Of a stretch of DNA of 64,000 nt, positions 10,808 through 21,410 are shown piece by piece. Each line of letters begins with the position of its first letter. Position 1 is the first letter of the stretch. Position numbers and translations under genes: made by a program. The stretch covers positions 1 to 64,000 of the forward strand of contig CAVWXH010000007.1 in the NCBI GenBank assembly GCA_963758915.1. The letters run 5' to 3'. Under the pieces are notes generated by a model, which saw nothing but the letters and a program-made list of their open reading frames with translations, made no database searches and was not told the DNA's origin. The DNA comes from an uncultured Methanomicrobiales archaeon (lineage in GTDB: Archaea > Halobacteriota > Methanomicrobia > Methanomicrobiales > Methanospirillaceae).

Positions 10808-11497
10808 TTACGTGACGGCCTTTACCGTCGCTTTCAGCACTTCCACACCTTTTTCGTAGACCGCATTACCAACGACGATGGTATCAGCATACCGGGACAT
10901 TTCCGCTGCCCGTTCGGCAGAATCAATGCCACCGCCATAATAGAGTAACGCCTGGTCAAGCGCATCCGACGCGGCTTTTACAACCGAAGGGTCCCCATAT
11001 ATGCCGCTGTATTCAATATACACGATGGGGAACCGGAGGTACCGGTCAGCGACGGAAGTAAAGGCTGCTACATCTGCAGGGGAAAGATTACAGACAGATT
11101 TCGTCACCTTCCCGACAGAAGAGTCCGGATTCAGCACGATGTAGGCTTCAGGGACGACTTTGTCCCATTCGATATTCTGGGTCTTCACCCATTCCATGTG
11201 TTTTCCCACGATCCAGCGGACATCCGTGGTATTCAGCACACTTGGCACGTAGAGGTACTCAATACCCTCAAAAATGACCGCTTCAGGACCCGCAGGTTCA
11301 ACGACGAGAGGCAGCCCGTAGGAGGCGACCTGGCGTTTCAGCGTTGTTAAGTTCTCAACTGTTACATTCAGGGTACCGGAGAGCATCAGCGCATCGGTCC
11401 CGCTGGTCGCTACCTCTTCTACTGCCTTCGCATTGAGCTGCTTGTCCGGGTCGAGTTTGGTCACATGGGCCCAGTTTTTCCAGTTTGCGTGCTTCAT
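10808..11497 (-). CDS. Geranylgeranylglyceryl phosphate synthase (PcrB-like group I)
   Basis: HVTKLDPDK, SGTDA, EAYIVLNPDS, YIEYSG, YGGGI, VVGN. Confidence 0.9.
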   Translation of the reverse strand: MKHANWKNWAHVTKLDPDKQLNAKAVEEVATSGTDALMLSGTLNVTVENLTTLKRQVASYGLPLVVEPAGPEAVIFEGIEYLYVPSVLNTTDVRWIVGKHMEWVKTQNIEWDKVVPEAYIVLNPDSSVGKVTKSVCNLSPADVAAFTSVADRYLRFPIVYIEYSGIYGDPSVVKAASDALDQALLYYGGGIDSAERAAEMSRYADTIVVGNAVYEKGVEVLKATVKAVT

Positions 11498-11529
11498 ACT
11501 AATCCGTTGATCTATTGTTATCCGTTGTT

Positions 11530-14343
11530 TCAGGCCTTTGCAACGGCCCGGTATTCTTTCTGGTACTCGAGGATCTTCTCTTTTGGTATCCCGGTTTTCT
11601 TTGAGAGCTCGTCAGGAGCGGCCTTATCCAGCCGTTCACCGTTGAAAACACCTGCACGATAGAGCTTTCCGATTGCCGCCTCACCAATGCCACGGATTGC
11701 GAGGAGCTCGGCTTTCCCTTTTTCAAGCTGGACCTTGCTGATCTTTTCGGGGGCCGGCTTGTTGAGTGCTTTTGCAACAGTTTCCACATGGCGGTAGACG
11801 GTCTCGGGATTGATCCCGGTCATTTCACTGATTGCAGCAGGGTGATTGCTGATGAAATCAAGTGGCGTGATAATACCCGCGTGGTGATATTTCTTCAGGC
11901 TCACCGCGGGAATACCGATATCCCTGAGGACACGTTCGTTGGTAATCCGTTTTGCCTCAGCCTGGAGATTTTCTGCCTCTACTTCTCCCATTCCAACACT
12001 GCGAAGTAGCTGCCGCTCTGCTCCCACAAGCCCTTCCACATCATCGATCCCGGCAGCATGGAGTTTTTTCACGATGGCTGAATGGCTCCGGCCCCGGCGT
12101 GGCGGGAGATGTTTTCTCACAAATTTCCTGCATTCCGAACGTTTCCGCAGGAGTACCAGCACTTCTTCTGCCCCGTTCACAAGTTTTTCCGCATTTTCAC
12201 CGGACAGCCCGGTTGCGGCAATAATACCTTCCTTCCCGGATTTCACGACCTCGTAGACCGTATAAATGTGCTTTTTGTGGAGGTTGTCCCTTGTCTCGTC
12301 GGTCATCGTGGGGACCAGGTCAAGGGTCTCCTTGTTTGAGGTGATATGGTGACAGAGCGGGCAGCCGATCTCCCATGGACGTGCACCTTTTTTTACCAGC
12401 GTTACATGGTGAAGGCCGTGCTTTGGGCATATGTCATCGGTGCGAACGGCGAAGCCCCACATTGCCATCGGGAGCCCGATGTTGAAGGTGCATTCAGGGT
12501 AGTTGGTGCATCCGATGAACTGTGCCTGGCTCCTTAAATGACGGATCCGGATATCTTTTCCACAGACCGGGCACGGACCGAGCGTCATTTCCTCGGCTGT
12601 CTGGTCCATGATCTCGTCCCCGATCTCCTGCCCGTGCGCCTCCAGCTGGTCAAAGACCCGGTGGAGCATCTCCCTTGATTCCCTGACCACGTCGTCCCGG
12701 TTCCTCTGCCGTTCCTTTATCAGGTTCATGTGGTCTTCAAGCATCTGGGTCATATCAGGCTTAGTGATGGTATCGGCATGGTCCTCGAGCGACCCGATCA
12801 CTGCCATCCCGACAAGACTTGGTCGCAGCGGGTTTCCTTCCACGTATTTTCTTGAAACAAGCTTTCCAATCACTTCGTGGCGGGTACTCTTCGTACCAAG
12901 ACCGAGCTCCTCCATCCGCTGGATCAGCTTTGCCTGGGTATAACGGGGTGGCGGCAGTGTTTCCTTCTCATCGAGACGTTTTTCCTTTATCGGGAGCTTC
13001 TCGCCCTCGGTAAACCTTGGGAGTACATGGTCTTTTGCCTCGCTGTAGGGGTAGACCTTCCGCCAGCCGGGCTCAACAAGGACGCCGCCTGTAGCCGTAT
13101 AGGGTTCGCCACCTGCGTCAAAATTGACTTTCAGCGTTTTCCACTGTGCATCAAGGGACAGCGTTGCGAGGAACCGTCGTACGACCAGCTCGTAGATCTT
13201 CCACCGGTCATCGCCAACTGCCTCTCTCGTGGCGACCCCGGACGGATGGATCGGTGGATGATCAGTTGTTGATTTTTTTCCTGCGGTCGGTACAGGCCGC
13301 CGGTGTGCCATGACCCACGCTACATCGGTGGAGAACACCGACTGGCCCAGGGTCTTTAATACCCCGTTCAGGTCGAGGGTTTTCGGGTATACCGTGTTAT
13401 CAGTCCTCGGGTACGAAATAAACCCGTTCATGTAGAGATCCTCTGCAATCCTCATCGAATTTGCAGCGGAAAACCCAAGACGGGCTGCCGCAACGATGAA
13501 ACCCGTGGTGTCAAAGGGTGGAGGGGCCCGGTCCGTTTTCTGGCCTTCTTTAATTTCACTGACAATCAAAGGTTCCTTTGTCCGGGCATGGGCCGCCTCT
13601 GCCGCTGCCTTGTCAGTAAACCTTGCCGTGGTGTGCCGGGCTTCAACAATTCCGGCTGCTTTTTCCGTGGTAAGCGAGAGCTGCCAGTATTTCTCTGGAA
13701 CGAACGCCTCGATCTCCTTCTCACGGTCTACGATCATCGCGAGGGTCGGACTCTGCACGCGACCGACTGACAGGATGTTGGCGCCGCCACGGCGTGCTGC
13801 AAGGCTGATGAACCTCGTCAGGGATGCCCCCCACATCAGGTCAATCACCTGCCGTGCCTCCCCGGCTGCTGCAAGGGCGAAATCAATCTCGGTTGTATGG
13901 GTAAAGGCGTGGTGGATCTCTTCAGGAGTGATTGCTGAAAACCGTGACCGGTCAACCTTCACTTTCGGGTTCACGGCCCGGATCAGTTCATAGGCCTCCT
14001 TCCCGATGAGTTCCCCCTCGGTATCAAAATCAGTGGCTATAGTGACACGTTCCGCCTTTTTCGCGAGTTTCTGGATGAGGTGAATAATCTTCTTTTCAGT
14101 CGGGACTTTTATGGTCCCGGCATCAATGAGGCTCCGCGGGGTGTGTTCCTCTGACCTCCAGTTACTATACCCGGGCTCGAAATCCACCTCAACCACGTGA
14201 CCCCGGAGACCGGTGACGACGTCGTTACCGAAGCTGTAGCTTGATATCCCGCCGTCCTTTCCCACGGTAACCTTCTCTTTCCCGGCGAGGATCTTCGCAA
14301 TCCGCTCTGCAGAGATATTCTTCTCAGTGATGATCAGGTGCAT
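11530..14343 (-). CDS. topA: DNA topoisomerase IA with Zn ribbons and C-terminal HhH-like extension
   Basis: LIITEK, ATDFDTEGE TOPRIM, SVGRVQSP, ISYPRTD catalytic Tyr; start set at MHLIITEK. Confidence 0.96.
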   Translation of the reverse strand: MHLIITEKNISAERIAKILAGKEKVTVGKDGGISSYSFGNDVVTGLRGHVVEVDFEPGYSNWRSEEHTPRSLIDAGTIKVPTEKKIIHLIQKLAKKAERVTIATDFDTEGELIGKEAYELIRAVNPKVKVDRSRFSAITPEEIHHAFTHTTEIDFALAAAGEARQVIDLMWGASLTRFISLAARRGGANILSVGRVQSPTLAMIVDREKEIEAFVPEKYWQLSLTTEKAAGIVEARHTTARFTDKAAAEAAHARTKEPLIVSEIKEGQKTDRAPPPFDTTGFIVAAARLGFSAANSMRIAEDLYMNGFISYPRTDNTVYPKTLDLNGVLKTLGQSVFSTDVAWVMAHRRPVPTAGKKSTTDHPPIHPSGVATREAVGDDRWKIYELVVRRFLATLSLDAQWKTLKVNFDAGGEPYTATGGVLVEPGWRKVYPYSEAKDHVLPRFTEGEKLPIKEKRLDEKETLPPPRYTQAKLIQRMEELGLGTKSTRHEVIGKLVSRKYVEGNPLRPSLVGMAVIGSLEDHADTITKPDMTQMLEDHMNLIKERQRNRDDVVRESREMLHRVFDQLEAHGQEIGDEIMDQTAEEMTLGPCPVCGKDIRIRHLRSQAQFIGCTNYPECTFNIGLPMAMWGFAVRTDDICPKHGLHHVTLVKKGARPWEIGCPLCHHITSNKETLDLVPTMTDETRDNLHKKHIYTVYEVVKSGKEGIIAATGLSGENAEKLVNGAEEVLVLLRKRSECRKFVRKHLPPRRGRSHSAIVKKLHAAGIDDVEGLVGAERQLLRSVGMGEVEAENLQAEAKRITNERVLRDIGIPAVSLKKYHHAGIITPLDFISNHPAAISEMTGINPETVYRHVETVAKALNKPAPEKISKVQLEKGKAELLAIRGIGEAAIGKLYRAGVFNGERLDKAAPDELSKKTGIPKEKILEYQKEYRAVAKA

Positions 14344-14374
14344 TTCGTACCTCCTGTTTCGGGGTCTCCGGTTA

Positions 14375-15940
14375 TCATTGTACCCTCCTGTCCAACGCAT
14401 TCCGGAGCATGACATTGAGTTCTGCCGGGTCAGCCTTACCCCGGGTCTTCTTCATGACCTGGCCAATCAGGAACATGAACGCTTCTTTCTTCCCGGAATC
14501 ATAATCAGCAACCGCCTGTGGCTGCTCCCTGATCACATCGGCTATTGCAGCAGGGACTATCCCGCTGTCTGTTGCGCCGAGGTCCAGCCGGGCTACCACC
14601 TGTGAAGGAGTCCCTGCCGGCTTTTTTTGGAGGACCCCGTCAAGGATTGTCCTGAGCACTTCAATAGCATTCCGATCGGTGAGTGTCTTTGATTTGACAA
14701 GGGTTACCAGCTCTATCAGATGCGACGGGGTAACTGACCCGATGCCCATGTCACGGTAATTGAGTTCCCCAATCAGCGTATCGGCCACCCACGTTGCAGA
14801 GAGTACCGGGTCTGCCTGTGCTGCGACCTTTTCGTAAAAGTCTGCAAGCTTCAGGTCCCCGGTCAGCGTACGGGCATGAATGGGAGAACAACCATACTGT
14901 CCGATGAACCGGGCACGCCTCGCATCAGGGAGTTCCGGCAGGTCGATCCGTTCGACCCATGAGCTGACCCGGAGAGGGCAGAGGTCTGGTTCCGGGAAGT
15001 ACCGGTAGTCCTGCTCCTCCTCCTTGCTCCTCGAGGCCGTTGTGATCCCCTGGGTCTCAACGAAATGCCTTGTCGCCTGTTCAATTGGTTGTCCTTTCCT
15101 GATCACGTTCCTCTGCCGGGTGATCTCGAAGGTCAGCGCTTTTTCCACCCCTTTATACGAGGAGATATTTTTTACCTCGACCCTGTTCCTTCCCTTGTAA
15201 CTTTTCTTTTCGCGGTCAAACCATCCTTCCGGCTGGAGTGATATATTGGCATCGACCCGCAGGGAGCCTTCTTTCTCGGAATCAAACACCGAAAGGTATT
15301 CCAGGGTCGCCCGGAGCTTGTTTAAGAAGCGTCTTGCCTCCTTTGGTGACCGCATGTCAGGCTCCGTTACAATCTCAATGAGGGGGATCCCTGCACGGTT
15401 GTAATCAACCAGGGAGTAACGGGCACGGTCTGCCCCGCCTTTATGGACGAGCCTGCCCGGGTCTTCCTCCATGTGTACCCGGGTAATCCTGACCCTTTTC
15501 TCTCCTTCGTCGCCTTCAATTACGAGGTACCCGCCAACTGCGAGAGGTTTGTCATACTGGGAGATCTGGAATGCCTTGTCGAGGTCAGGGTAGAAATAAT
15601 TCTTCCGCGAGAAGACCGACTCCTCAAGCACTTCGCAATTCAGTGCTTTCGCCACCCGGAGAGCAAATTCCACTGCTTTTTTGTTTATTGCAGGGAGAGC
15701 CCCGGGAAGACCGAGACATACGGGGCAGGTATGGGTGTTCGGGCCGTCACTCCGGTAATCGGTACTGCATGCACAGAAAAGTTTTGTCACGGTGTCAAGC
15801 TGGCAATGGACTTCGAGCCCGATGATTGTTTCATCTGCCTCAGTTTGCGGGGGTCTACCTGCAGCCTGTGAAAAATGTCCCTGTGACTGTTCAGACCGGG
15901 ATTCTGCCATAGTAGCTCCAGGCATGTTCTCCATGTTCAT
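14375..15940 (-). CDS. gatB: Asp/Glu-tRNA amidotransferase subunit B
   Basis: IGLEVHCQL, RKNYFYPDL, DYNRAGIPLIEIV, DYRYFPEPDL. Confidence 0.97.
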   Translation of the reverse strand: MNMENMPGATMAESRSEQSQGHFSQAAGRPPQTEADETIIGLEVHCQLDTVTKLFCACSTDYRSDGPNTHTCPVCLGLPGALPAINKKAVEFALRVAKALNCEVLEESVFSRKNYFYPDLDKAFQISQYDKPLAVGGYLVIEGDEGEKRVRITRVHMEEDPGRLVHKGGADRARYSLVDYNRAGIPLIEIVTEPDMRSPKEARRFLNKLRATLEYLSVFDSEKEGSLRVDANISLQPEGWFDREKKSYKGRNRVEVKNISSYKGVEKALTFEITRQRNVIRKGQPIEQATRHFVETQGITTASRSKEEEQDYRYFPEPDLCPLRVSSWVERIDLPELPDARRARFIGQYGCSPIHARTLTGDLKLADFYEKVAAQADPVLSATWVADTLIGELNYRDMGIGSVTPSHLIELVTLVKSKTLTDRNAIEVLRTILDGVLQKKPAGTPSQVVARLDLGATDSGIVPAAIADVIREQPQAVADYDSGKKEAFMFLIGQVMKKTRGKADPAELNVMLRNALDRRVQ

Positions 15941-17238
15941 ACCACCGCCTGTTCGTACGCATATGCGGTATCGATAACGACCTCATCTTCAAAGGGACGT
16001 CCCATGATCTGGAGGCCGACCGGCATTCCTTCAACGGTCCCGCACGGGACTGATATTGCCGGGACTCCGGCGAGGTTCGCAGGCACTGTGAGGATATCAG
16101 AGAGGTACATGGAGAGCGGGTCTGCCTTTTCGCCGAGCCGGAATGCGATGGTGGGCATTGTCGGTCCTGCAAGCACATCGACCTCCCTGAAGAGGCGGGT
16201 GAAATCATTTTTCACCTGCTGGCGTGCTGCCTGCGCTTTTGCATAGTATTTCCCGTAATATCCTGAAGAAAGGGCAAATGTGCCGAGCATGATCCTCCGC
16301 CTGACTTCCTTACCGAAACTCTTCCCCCTGCGTTCCTGGAACGCATCGTGCCATGATTTCTTTATATCGACCGCCGGACCGTACCTGACACCATCAAAAC
16401 GGGCAAGGTTTGAGCTTGCCTCGCTCGTGCAGGTCACGTAGTAGGCAGCGAGGGCATATGCCATGCCCGGCATCCGGCAGGTGACAATCTCTGCCCCTTT
16501 CTTTTCGAGCTCCTCAATCGCTTCCCAGACTTTTGCTGCAACCGCAGGGTCGACACCGGCACCAAAAAATTCCTCGGGGACTCCGATCCTCCGCCCCTGG
16601 ATGTTTTTATCAGGTGTATGCAGGTAGGGTTGATCCACGCTGGTAGAGTCCCTTGGATCGTGCCCGGCTATTACCTGCATGAGACGGGAGGTCTCATGTA
16701 CAGTCCTCGCCATCGGGCCGATCTGTTCGAGGGAGTTGGCATACGCAATCAGGCCGTACCTCGATACCCTGCCATAGGTAGGTTTCAGGCCAACAATGCC
16801 GCAAAATGCAGCGGGGCAGCGTATCGAGCCGCCGGTATCGCTTCCAAGTGCCATCCTTACCATGCCGGCAGCAACCGCAGCGGCACTGCCTCCCGAAGAA
16901 CCCCCGGGGACCCGGCCCATATCAAGCGGGTTTAAGGTAGGCCCGTAACCGGAGTTCTCGGTAGTGGTACCCATGCCAAACTCGTCCATGTTTGTCTTGC
17001 CGGCAATTGCCGCTCCTTCTGCGAGGAGGAGCGATACCACATGGGCATCATAGGGTGGGACATACCCTTCAAGGATGCGTGAACCTGCAGTGGTCCGTAT
17101 ACCTTTTGTCGAAATGTTATCTTTTATGGCAATGGCAAGCCCTTCGAGGCTTCCCGTACCATATTCAGGCCCGGGGCAGGTAGTGAGAAAGGCATTGACC
17201 CGGTCATCGGGTGAAAAGGTAAGCCGTGAGCGTGCCAA
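15937..17238 (-). CDS. gatA: Asp/Glu-tRNA amidotransferase subunit A
   Basis: KTNMDEFGMG, PGGSSGGS, GSDTGGSIRCPA amidase signature. Confidence 0.97.
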   Translation of the reverse strand: MARSRLTFSPDDRVNAFLTTCPGPEYGTGSLEGLAIAIKDNISTKGIRTTAGSRILEGYVPPYDAHVVSLLLAEGAAIAGKTNMDEFGMGTTTENSGYGPTLNPLDMGRVPGGSSGGSAAAVAAGMVRMALGSDTGGSIRCPAAFCGIVGLKPTYGRVSRYGLIAYANSLEQIGPMARTVHETSRLMQVIAGHDPRDSTSVDQPYLHTPDKNIQGRRIGVPEEFFGAGVDPAVAAKVWEAIEELEKKGAEIVTCRMPGMAYALAAYYVTCTSEASSNLARFDGVRYGPAVDIKKSWHDAFQERRGKSFGKEVRRRIMLGTFALSSGYYGKYYAKAQAARQQVKNDFTRLFREVDVLAGPTMPTIAFRLGEKADPLSMYLSDILTVPANLAGVPAISVPCGTVEGMPVGLQIMGRPFEDEVVIDTAYAYEQAVV

Positions 17239-17239
17239 G

Positions 17240-17524
17240 CTACATCACCCTCGGCGCCTTGAAAAAACCGTCTTCAGTCTCACCCGCATTTTTGAGGGCT
17301 TCTTCCTGCAGAAGCGACGGGCGGATAACATCCTCTCTCAACACGTTATACCGGTCCTGCTCGTACCCGCAGTCCCCCTCAACCGTATCGAGGATATCAA
17401 AATAATCGAGGATCCTGTTGAACTGGACCGTAAAATCGTCCAGTTCTTCTTTTATTAAGCCGATGTCAGCAAGCCCGGCAATATGTTCAACGTCCCTCTC
17501 AGATACCATGGTCACGCTCACCAA
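17240..17524 (-). CDS. gatC: Asp/Glu-tRNA amidotransferase subunit C
   Basis: NVLRED, NA.ETEDGFFKAPRVM; directly upstream of gatA. Confidence 0.93.
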   Translation of the reverse strand: MVSVTMVSERDVEHIAGLADIGLIKEELDDFTVQFNRILDYFDILDTVEGDCGYEQDRYNVLREDVIRPSLLQEEALKNAGETEDGFFKAPRVM

Positions 17525-18497
17525 ACTGGTTTATGTACCCTTGTACCGACCTTTTATAACCATTGTGACGTGCCAGCTCCCGGATCATACGCCATACCCC
17601 GCTACCGTATTGCATCGCCTTTTTATCGTACCAAGCGATTCCGGCAGGAATATGCCTTTCTGCCACGAGCCGGAGGGGTCGTTTCCTGACCCCGTCCACT
17701 ACCTTCTCATGGCCCGGGATCCGGCGGGCAGCGCGCACAACCCGGACGTCAAGGTACGGCATGGAGATATACGTACCATGAAGTCCGGCAACGGCCTGGT
17801 CCCGTTCGGCCTGCCCCGGAAGCCCGAGAAAATCATTTTCCAGGTCTGTTTCCAGGTCGGTTGCAGTGAGGTACCGGGAGTACCCGCCGAACAATTCGTC
17901 CGCACCCTGTCCCGCGAGGACCCGCCTGTACCCGTTCTCACCCGCCCACTTAGTAATACAGTGCATGGTGACCGCAATTGCGGTGTTGACGGGATCGGTG
18001 GAGGGGATAACGGGCACAACGGCTGAAATCCCCTCTGCCACATCTTTTTGTGTGATCGTTACGTATTCGCAGGACAGTCCGATCTCGTCAGCCGCTATGC
18101 GGGCGCGGTTGAGATCATGTGACCCTTCGATACCAATGGCCACGCAGGGACGTCGGGCAAGTGCAGCGACAAGTGCAGAGTCCACACCACCGGAGAGGGC
18201 AGTGACCCCTTCATCACACCTGAGACGAACGGACTCTATGATGGCAGCTTCAAGTTCCAGTTCCCCGGGTACCGGCGTGATATGCCCGACAACCTGCCCG
18301 GACTTCATGATAGTCCCGGGCATGCAGTCACCCGGGATTATGCCAAAATGATCGCGGGCGCAGTGCTCATCCCACCGGATATAAAACTCCCCGCCGAATG
18401 TACCTACAAGTTCCGGGTGGTGTACGATGATATCACTCACATCTGCCTCGGAGAGTTTACGGCCTCCGAGTTCCACCCACCCTTTTTGTTCAATCAT
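17499..18497 (-). CDS. Asparagine synthase C-terminal domain protein
   Basis: ALSGGVDS PP-loop, GQGADELFGGY, KKAMQYGSG; truncated Ntn-like N-terminus. Confidence 0.85.
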   Translation of the reverse strand: MIEQKGWVELGGRKLSEADVSDIIVHHPELVGTFGGEFYIRWDEHCARDHFGIIPGDCMPGTIMKSGQVVGHITPVPGELELEAAIIESVRLRCDEGVTALSGGVDSALVAALARRPCVAIGIEGSHDLNRARIAADEIGLSCEYVTITQKDVAEGISAVVPVIPSTDPVNTAIAVTMHCITKWAGENGYRRVLAGQGADELFGGYSRYLTATDLETDLENDFLGLPGQAERDQAVAGLHGTYISMPYLDVRVVRAARRIPGHEKVVDGVRKRPLRLVAERHIPAGIAWYDKKAMQYGSGVWRMIRELARHNGYKRSVQGYINQFGERDHGI

Positions 18498-18773
18498 CCG
18501 AATTGTATCCGGGAATAATGTACATCCATGGGGTAATGAGGATTGGGGATGAAGGGTGTTGCGGCAGATGTCTCATCCTGGTCACACCACATCGGATTCT
18601 CCTGCATTGCATCCAGGTGAATGAAGGAGGGCAGCTTTCAATCGCTCAGTAACCCTCACCATATACTATTCATACTGTTCAACCGGAATGACAGGTCATT
18701 CCAGCGTAGACCCAGCCACCCCTATACGATGTGGTAGCACAAACATGAAAAACGACAAAAAATGAATAAAAGG

Positions 18774-18968
18774 CTATTTTTTCGCTGCCGGTTTCTCATC
18801 GTGGTGGATCAGCCGGCACTTGTTGACGCACTCCCAGTTCTCGGGGAGGAACTTCCCGTCAGGTCCGGGTTTCACTGTTGTGTGGTATTTTTCCCCGCAA
18901 ACAAGGCATTCCATCAGTCCTGACTCTTCATCGACAATTTTTGTTGTATGCTCTTTCTTGTTCATCAC
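18774..18968 (-). CDS. Small zinc-ribbon protein
   Basis: CLVCG and CVNKC Cys pairs; GGTGA RBS-like sequence and upstream TTATAT. Confidence 0.6.
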   Translation of the reverse strand: MMNKKEHTTKIVDEESGLMECLVCGEKYHTTVKPGPDGKFLPENWECVNKCRLIHHDEKPAAKK

Positions 18969-19110
18969 CCGATATGTCCGCCGGGCTGGCAGATATAAGT
19001 GCGGATCGGGGACACCGGGAATAACCGGAGATCAGGGGGCGATACGAAAAGTAACTTGGTGAGGGAATAATCCGGTTTTCGATACGTATTCAAAACTCAC
19101 CCGGGTAACG

Positions 19111-19428
19111 TTACAGAAACTGGTAACTAATCTTTCCGGTTTTGGGAGCAATAATTTTTGATTGCCAGGGACGGACTGGATTGTTACCAGGCATTACTGA
19201 ACGATCAACGGGTGCCGGGATAAGCCCAAGACCATGGCAAATTTCGCCATTGTTTTGAAATTGGCCCGGGTTTATGACCCACCTGGTAAAATCGGTACAG
19301 CTTGGCTGGACAAAACTATACGTTGGGGAATAGTGAGTATCAGGACCCGATAACGGAGCCTGAACAGCGAATATGAAGAGCACGAAAAAGCCAATTGATA
19401 CGATTAGATAGCGGTTTGGGTTTTTCAT
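19111..19428 (-). CDS. Hypothetical secreted protein
   Basis: N-terminal basic + hydrophobic signal; no recognisable domain. Confidence 0.5.
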   Translation of the reverse strand: MKNPNRYLIVSIGFFVLFIFAVQAPLSGPDTHYSPTYSFVQPSCTDFTRWVINPGQFQNNGEICHGLGLIPAPVDRSVMPGNNPVRPWQSKIIAPKTGKISYQFL

Positions 19429-19690
19429 CGCTTCACAAACTGATCAGTTTTATTCCTGTGAGCTATTAAAATATCTGAAATCAGTCCGGGGTACCCGGTA
19501 TCTGGTTAACCAAAGATAATGGTGGCTGATACCTGCTGATTTTGGGCATTCATTACCGGTTGTCCGGTTTTTGTCCCCTCTTCTGCTTTGTGTGGATACT
19601 GATTATTTCGTTATTTCCAACTCCCGGAATAGTCTGCCGGCAGCTGTTTAAGGTACCATGGGTATAAGAGATATTTTCAAGGTAAACAGG

Positions 19691-21088
19691 ATGAACGGAT
19701 ACCGGATCGAAACGGACAGCCTGGGCGGGATGAAAGTCCCTGCTGATAAGCTGTGGGGGGCACAGACACAGCGGTCACTGGAACAGTTTTCCATTGGCAG
19801 GGATATCATGCCAGGCGAGATGGTTACTGCGTACGCCTATGTGAAAAAAGCGTGTGCAATTGTAAATTGTAAGTCAGGGCGCCTGGACATTGACAAAAAA
19901 GACCTGATAGTTACCGCCTGTGACGAAATCCTTGATAACAAACATGCCGAAATGTTCCCTCTGCACGTCTGGATGACCGGCAGCGGGACCCAGTTTAACA
20001 TGAATCTCAACGAGGTTATCGCTAACCGCTGTTCACAGCTCGCAGGCATGCCACTCGGGAGCAAGGAGCCCGTGCATCCCAATGACCACGTCAACATGTC
20101 ACAGTCATCGAATGACAGTTTTCCCACGGCTATGCACATTGCTGCAGCTTCAGGTACGAACCACTGGTTACTTCCTGCGATTGTGGCACTGAGGGATGGT
20201 CTTGCAGTAAAAGCGGAGCAGTGGGACGATATCGTAAAAATCGGCCGTACCCATATGCAGGATGCCACCCCGCTTACACTCGGACAGGAGATTTCAGGGT
20301 ATGCCGGTATGCTCAACGACAATAAAGCCCGTATTGAACGGGCTCTTGAGGATGTCTATCAGCTGGCCCTCGGTGGAACCGCGGTCGGCACGGGTCTTGC
20401 TACCAGGCCGGATTATGCAGGAAATGTCGCTGCCGAGATCGCCTCGCTGACCGGCCTGCCGTTTGTTACGGCACCCAACAAGTTTGCCGTGCAGGGGGCC
20501 CATGATGCGCTGGTCAACCTGTCTGCAACCATGAAAACGCTGGCTGTCTCGCTCTACAAGATTTCCAACGATATCCGCCTTCTTTCCTCGGGACCCCGGG
20601 CAGGTCTTGGGGAAATTGTCCTGCCGTCCAATGAACCGGGCTCGTCGATGATGCCCGGAAAGGTCAACCCCACCCAGTGCGAGGCACTGGCGATGGTATC
20701 CGTCCAGGTCATGGCAAACGATATGGCGGTGGCGATGGGTGGGGCCGGGGGGAACCTTGAGATGAATGTCTACAAACCACTGATTATTTACAATATCACC
20801 CATTCCATCAGGCTGCTGTCGGACAGCATGAACTCCTTCCTTCACTATTCGGTGGAGGGGATGCAGGCAGACACGGCGAAGATCGCAGGGTACGTTGAAC
20901 GGTCCCTGATGCTTGTTACGGCACTCGTTCCGGTCATCGGGTACGACAAGGCATCTGAGATCGTCAGGTACGCAGTCACCAATGACTTGTCACCGAGACA
21001 GGCGGCCGTTACACTTGGATACATTTCCGGGGAGGACTATGACCTGCTGGTTGTACCGGGGCGGATGGTCAGGCCGGATATTCTTTGA
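19691..21088 (+). CDS. fumC: Class II fumarate hydratase
   Basis: [53 protein letters not shown]. Confidence 0.95.
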   Translation: MNGYRIETDSLGGMKVPADKLWGAQTQRSLEQFSIGRDIMPGEMVTAYAYVKKACAIVNCKSGRLDIDKKDLIVTACDEILDNKHAEMFPLHVWMTGSGTQFNMNLNEVIANRCSQLAGMPLGSKEPVHPNDHVNMSQSSNDSFPTAMHIAAASGTNHWLLPAIVALRDGLAVKAEQWDDIVKIGRTHMQDATPLTLGQEISGYAGMLNDNKARIERALEDVYQLALGGTAVGTGLATRPDYAGNVAAEIASLTGLPFVTAPNKFAVQGAHDALVNLSATMKTLAVSLYKISNDIRLLSSGPRAGLGEIVLPSNEPGSSMMPGKVNPTQCEALAMVSVQVMANDMAVAMGGAGGNLEMNVYKPLIIYNITHSIRLLSDSMNSFLHYSVEGMQADTAKIAGYVERSLMLVTALVPVIGYDKASEIVRYAVTNDLSPRQAAVTLGYISGEDYDLLVVPGRMVRPDIL

Positions 21089-21128
21089 CAGATACGAAAG
21101 AGGGTACACGCTCTTCCCGATTTAGGGG

Positions 21129-21137
21129 TTTTATAAA
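21129..21137 (+). promoter_or_regulatory. TATA box of tRNA-Leu
   Basis: TTTTATAAA about 26-34 bp upstream of the mature tRNA start. Confidence 0.7.
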
Positions 21138-21162
21138 CAAGTAAAGCAACAATATATGCTGC

Positions 21163-21247
21163 GCGAGGGTAACCAAGCCAGGCCAACGGTGCTGGACTTA
21201 AGATCCAGTCTCGAAGGAGTTCATGGGTTCGAATCCCATCCCTCGCA
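21163..21247 (+). tRNA. tRNA-Leu(TAA)
   Basis: Acceptor GCGAGGG/CCCTCGC+A, anticodon arm CTGGA-CTTAAGA-TCCAG, long variable arm, GGTTCGAATCC T-loop; no encoded CCA. Confidence 0.96.
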
Positions 21248-21410
21248 TACTGTTTTCAAAAATACAGATTATCCCGCAATATTCAATAACACACGGTACT
21301 GTCGAGTATATTGCGAATATACCGATTAGAAAGGTTAATTAATATTTTGATGATATAATCAATCTATCAGGCATGATTCTTGAAATCCTTGCCTTTACGG
21401 GAGGTTAGAT

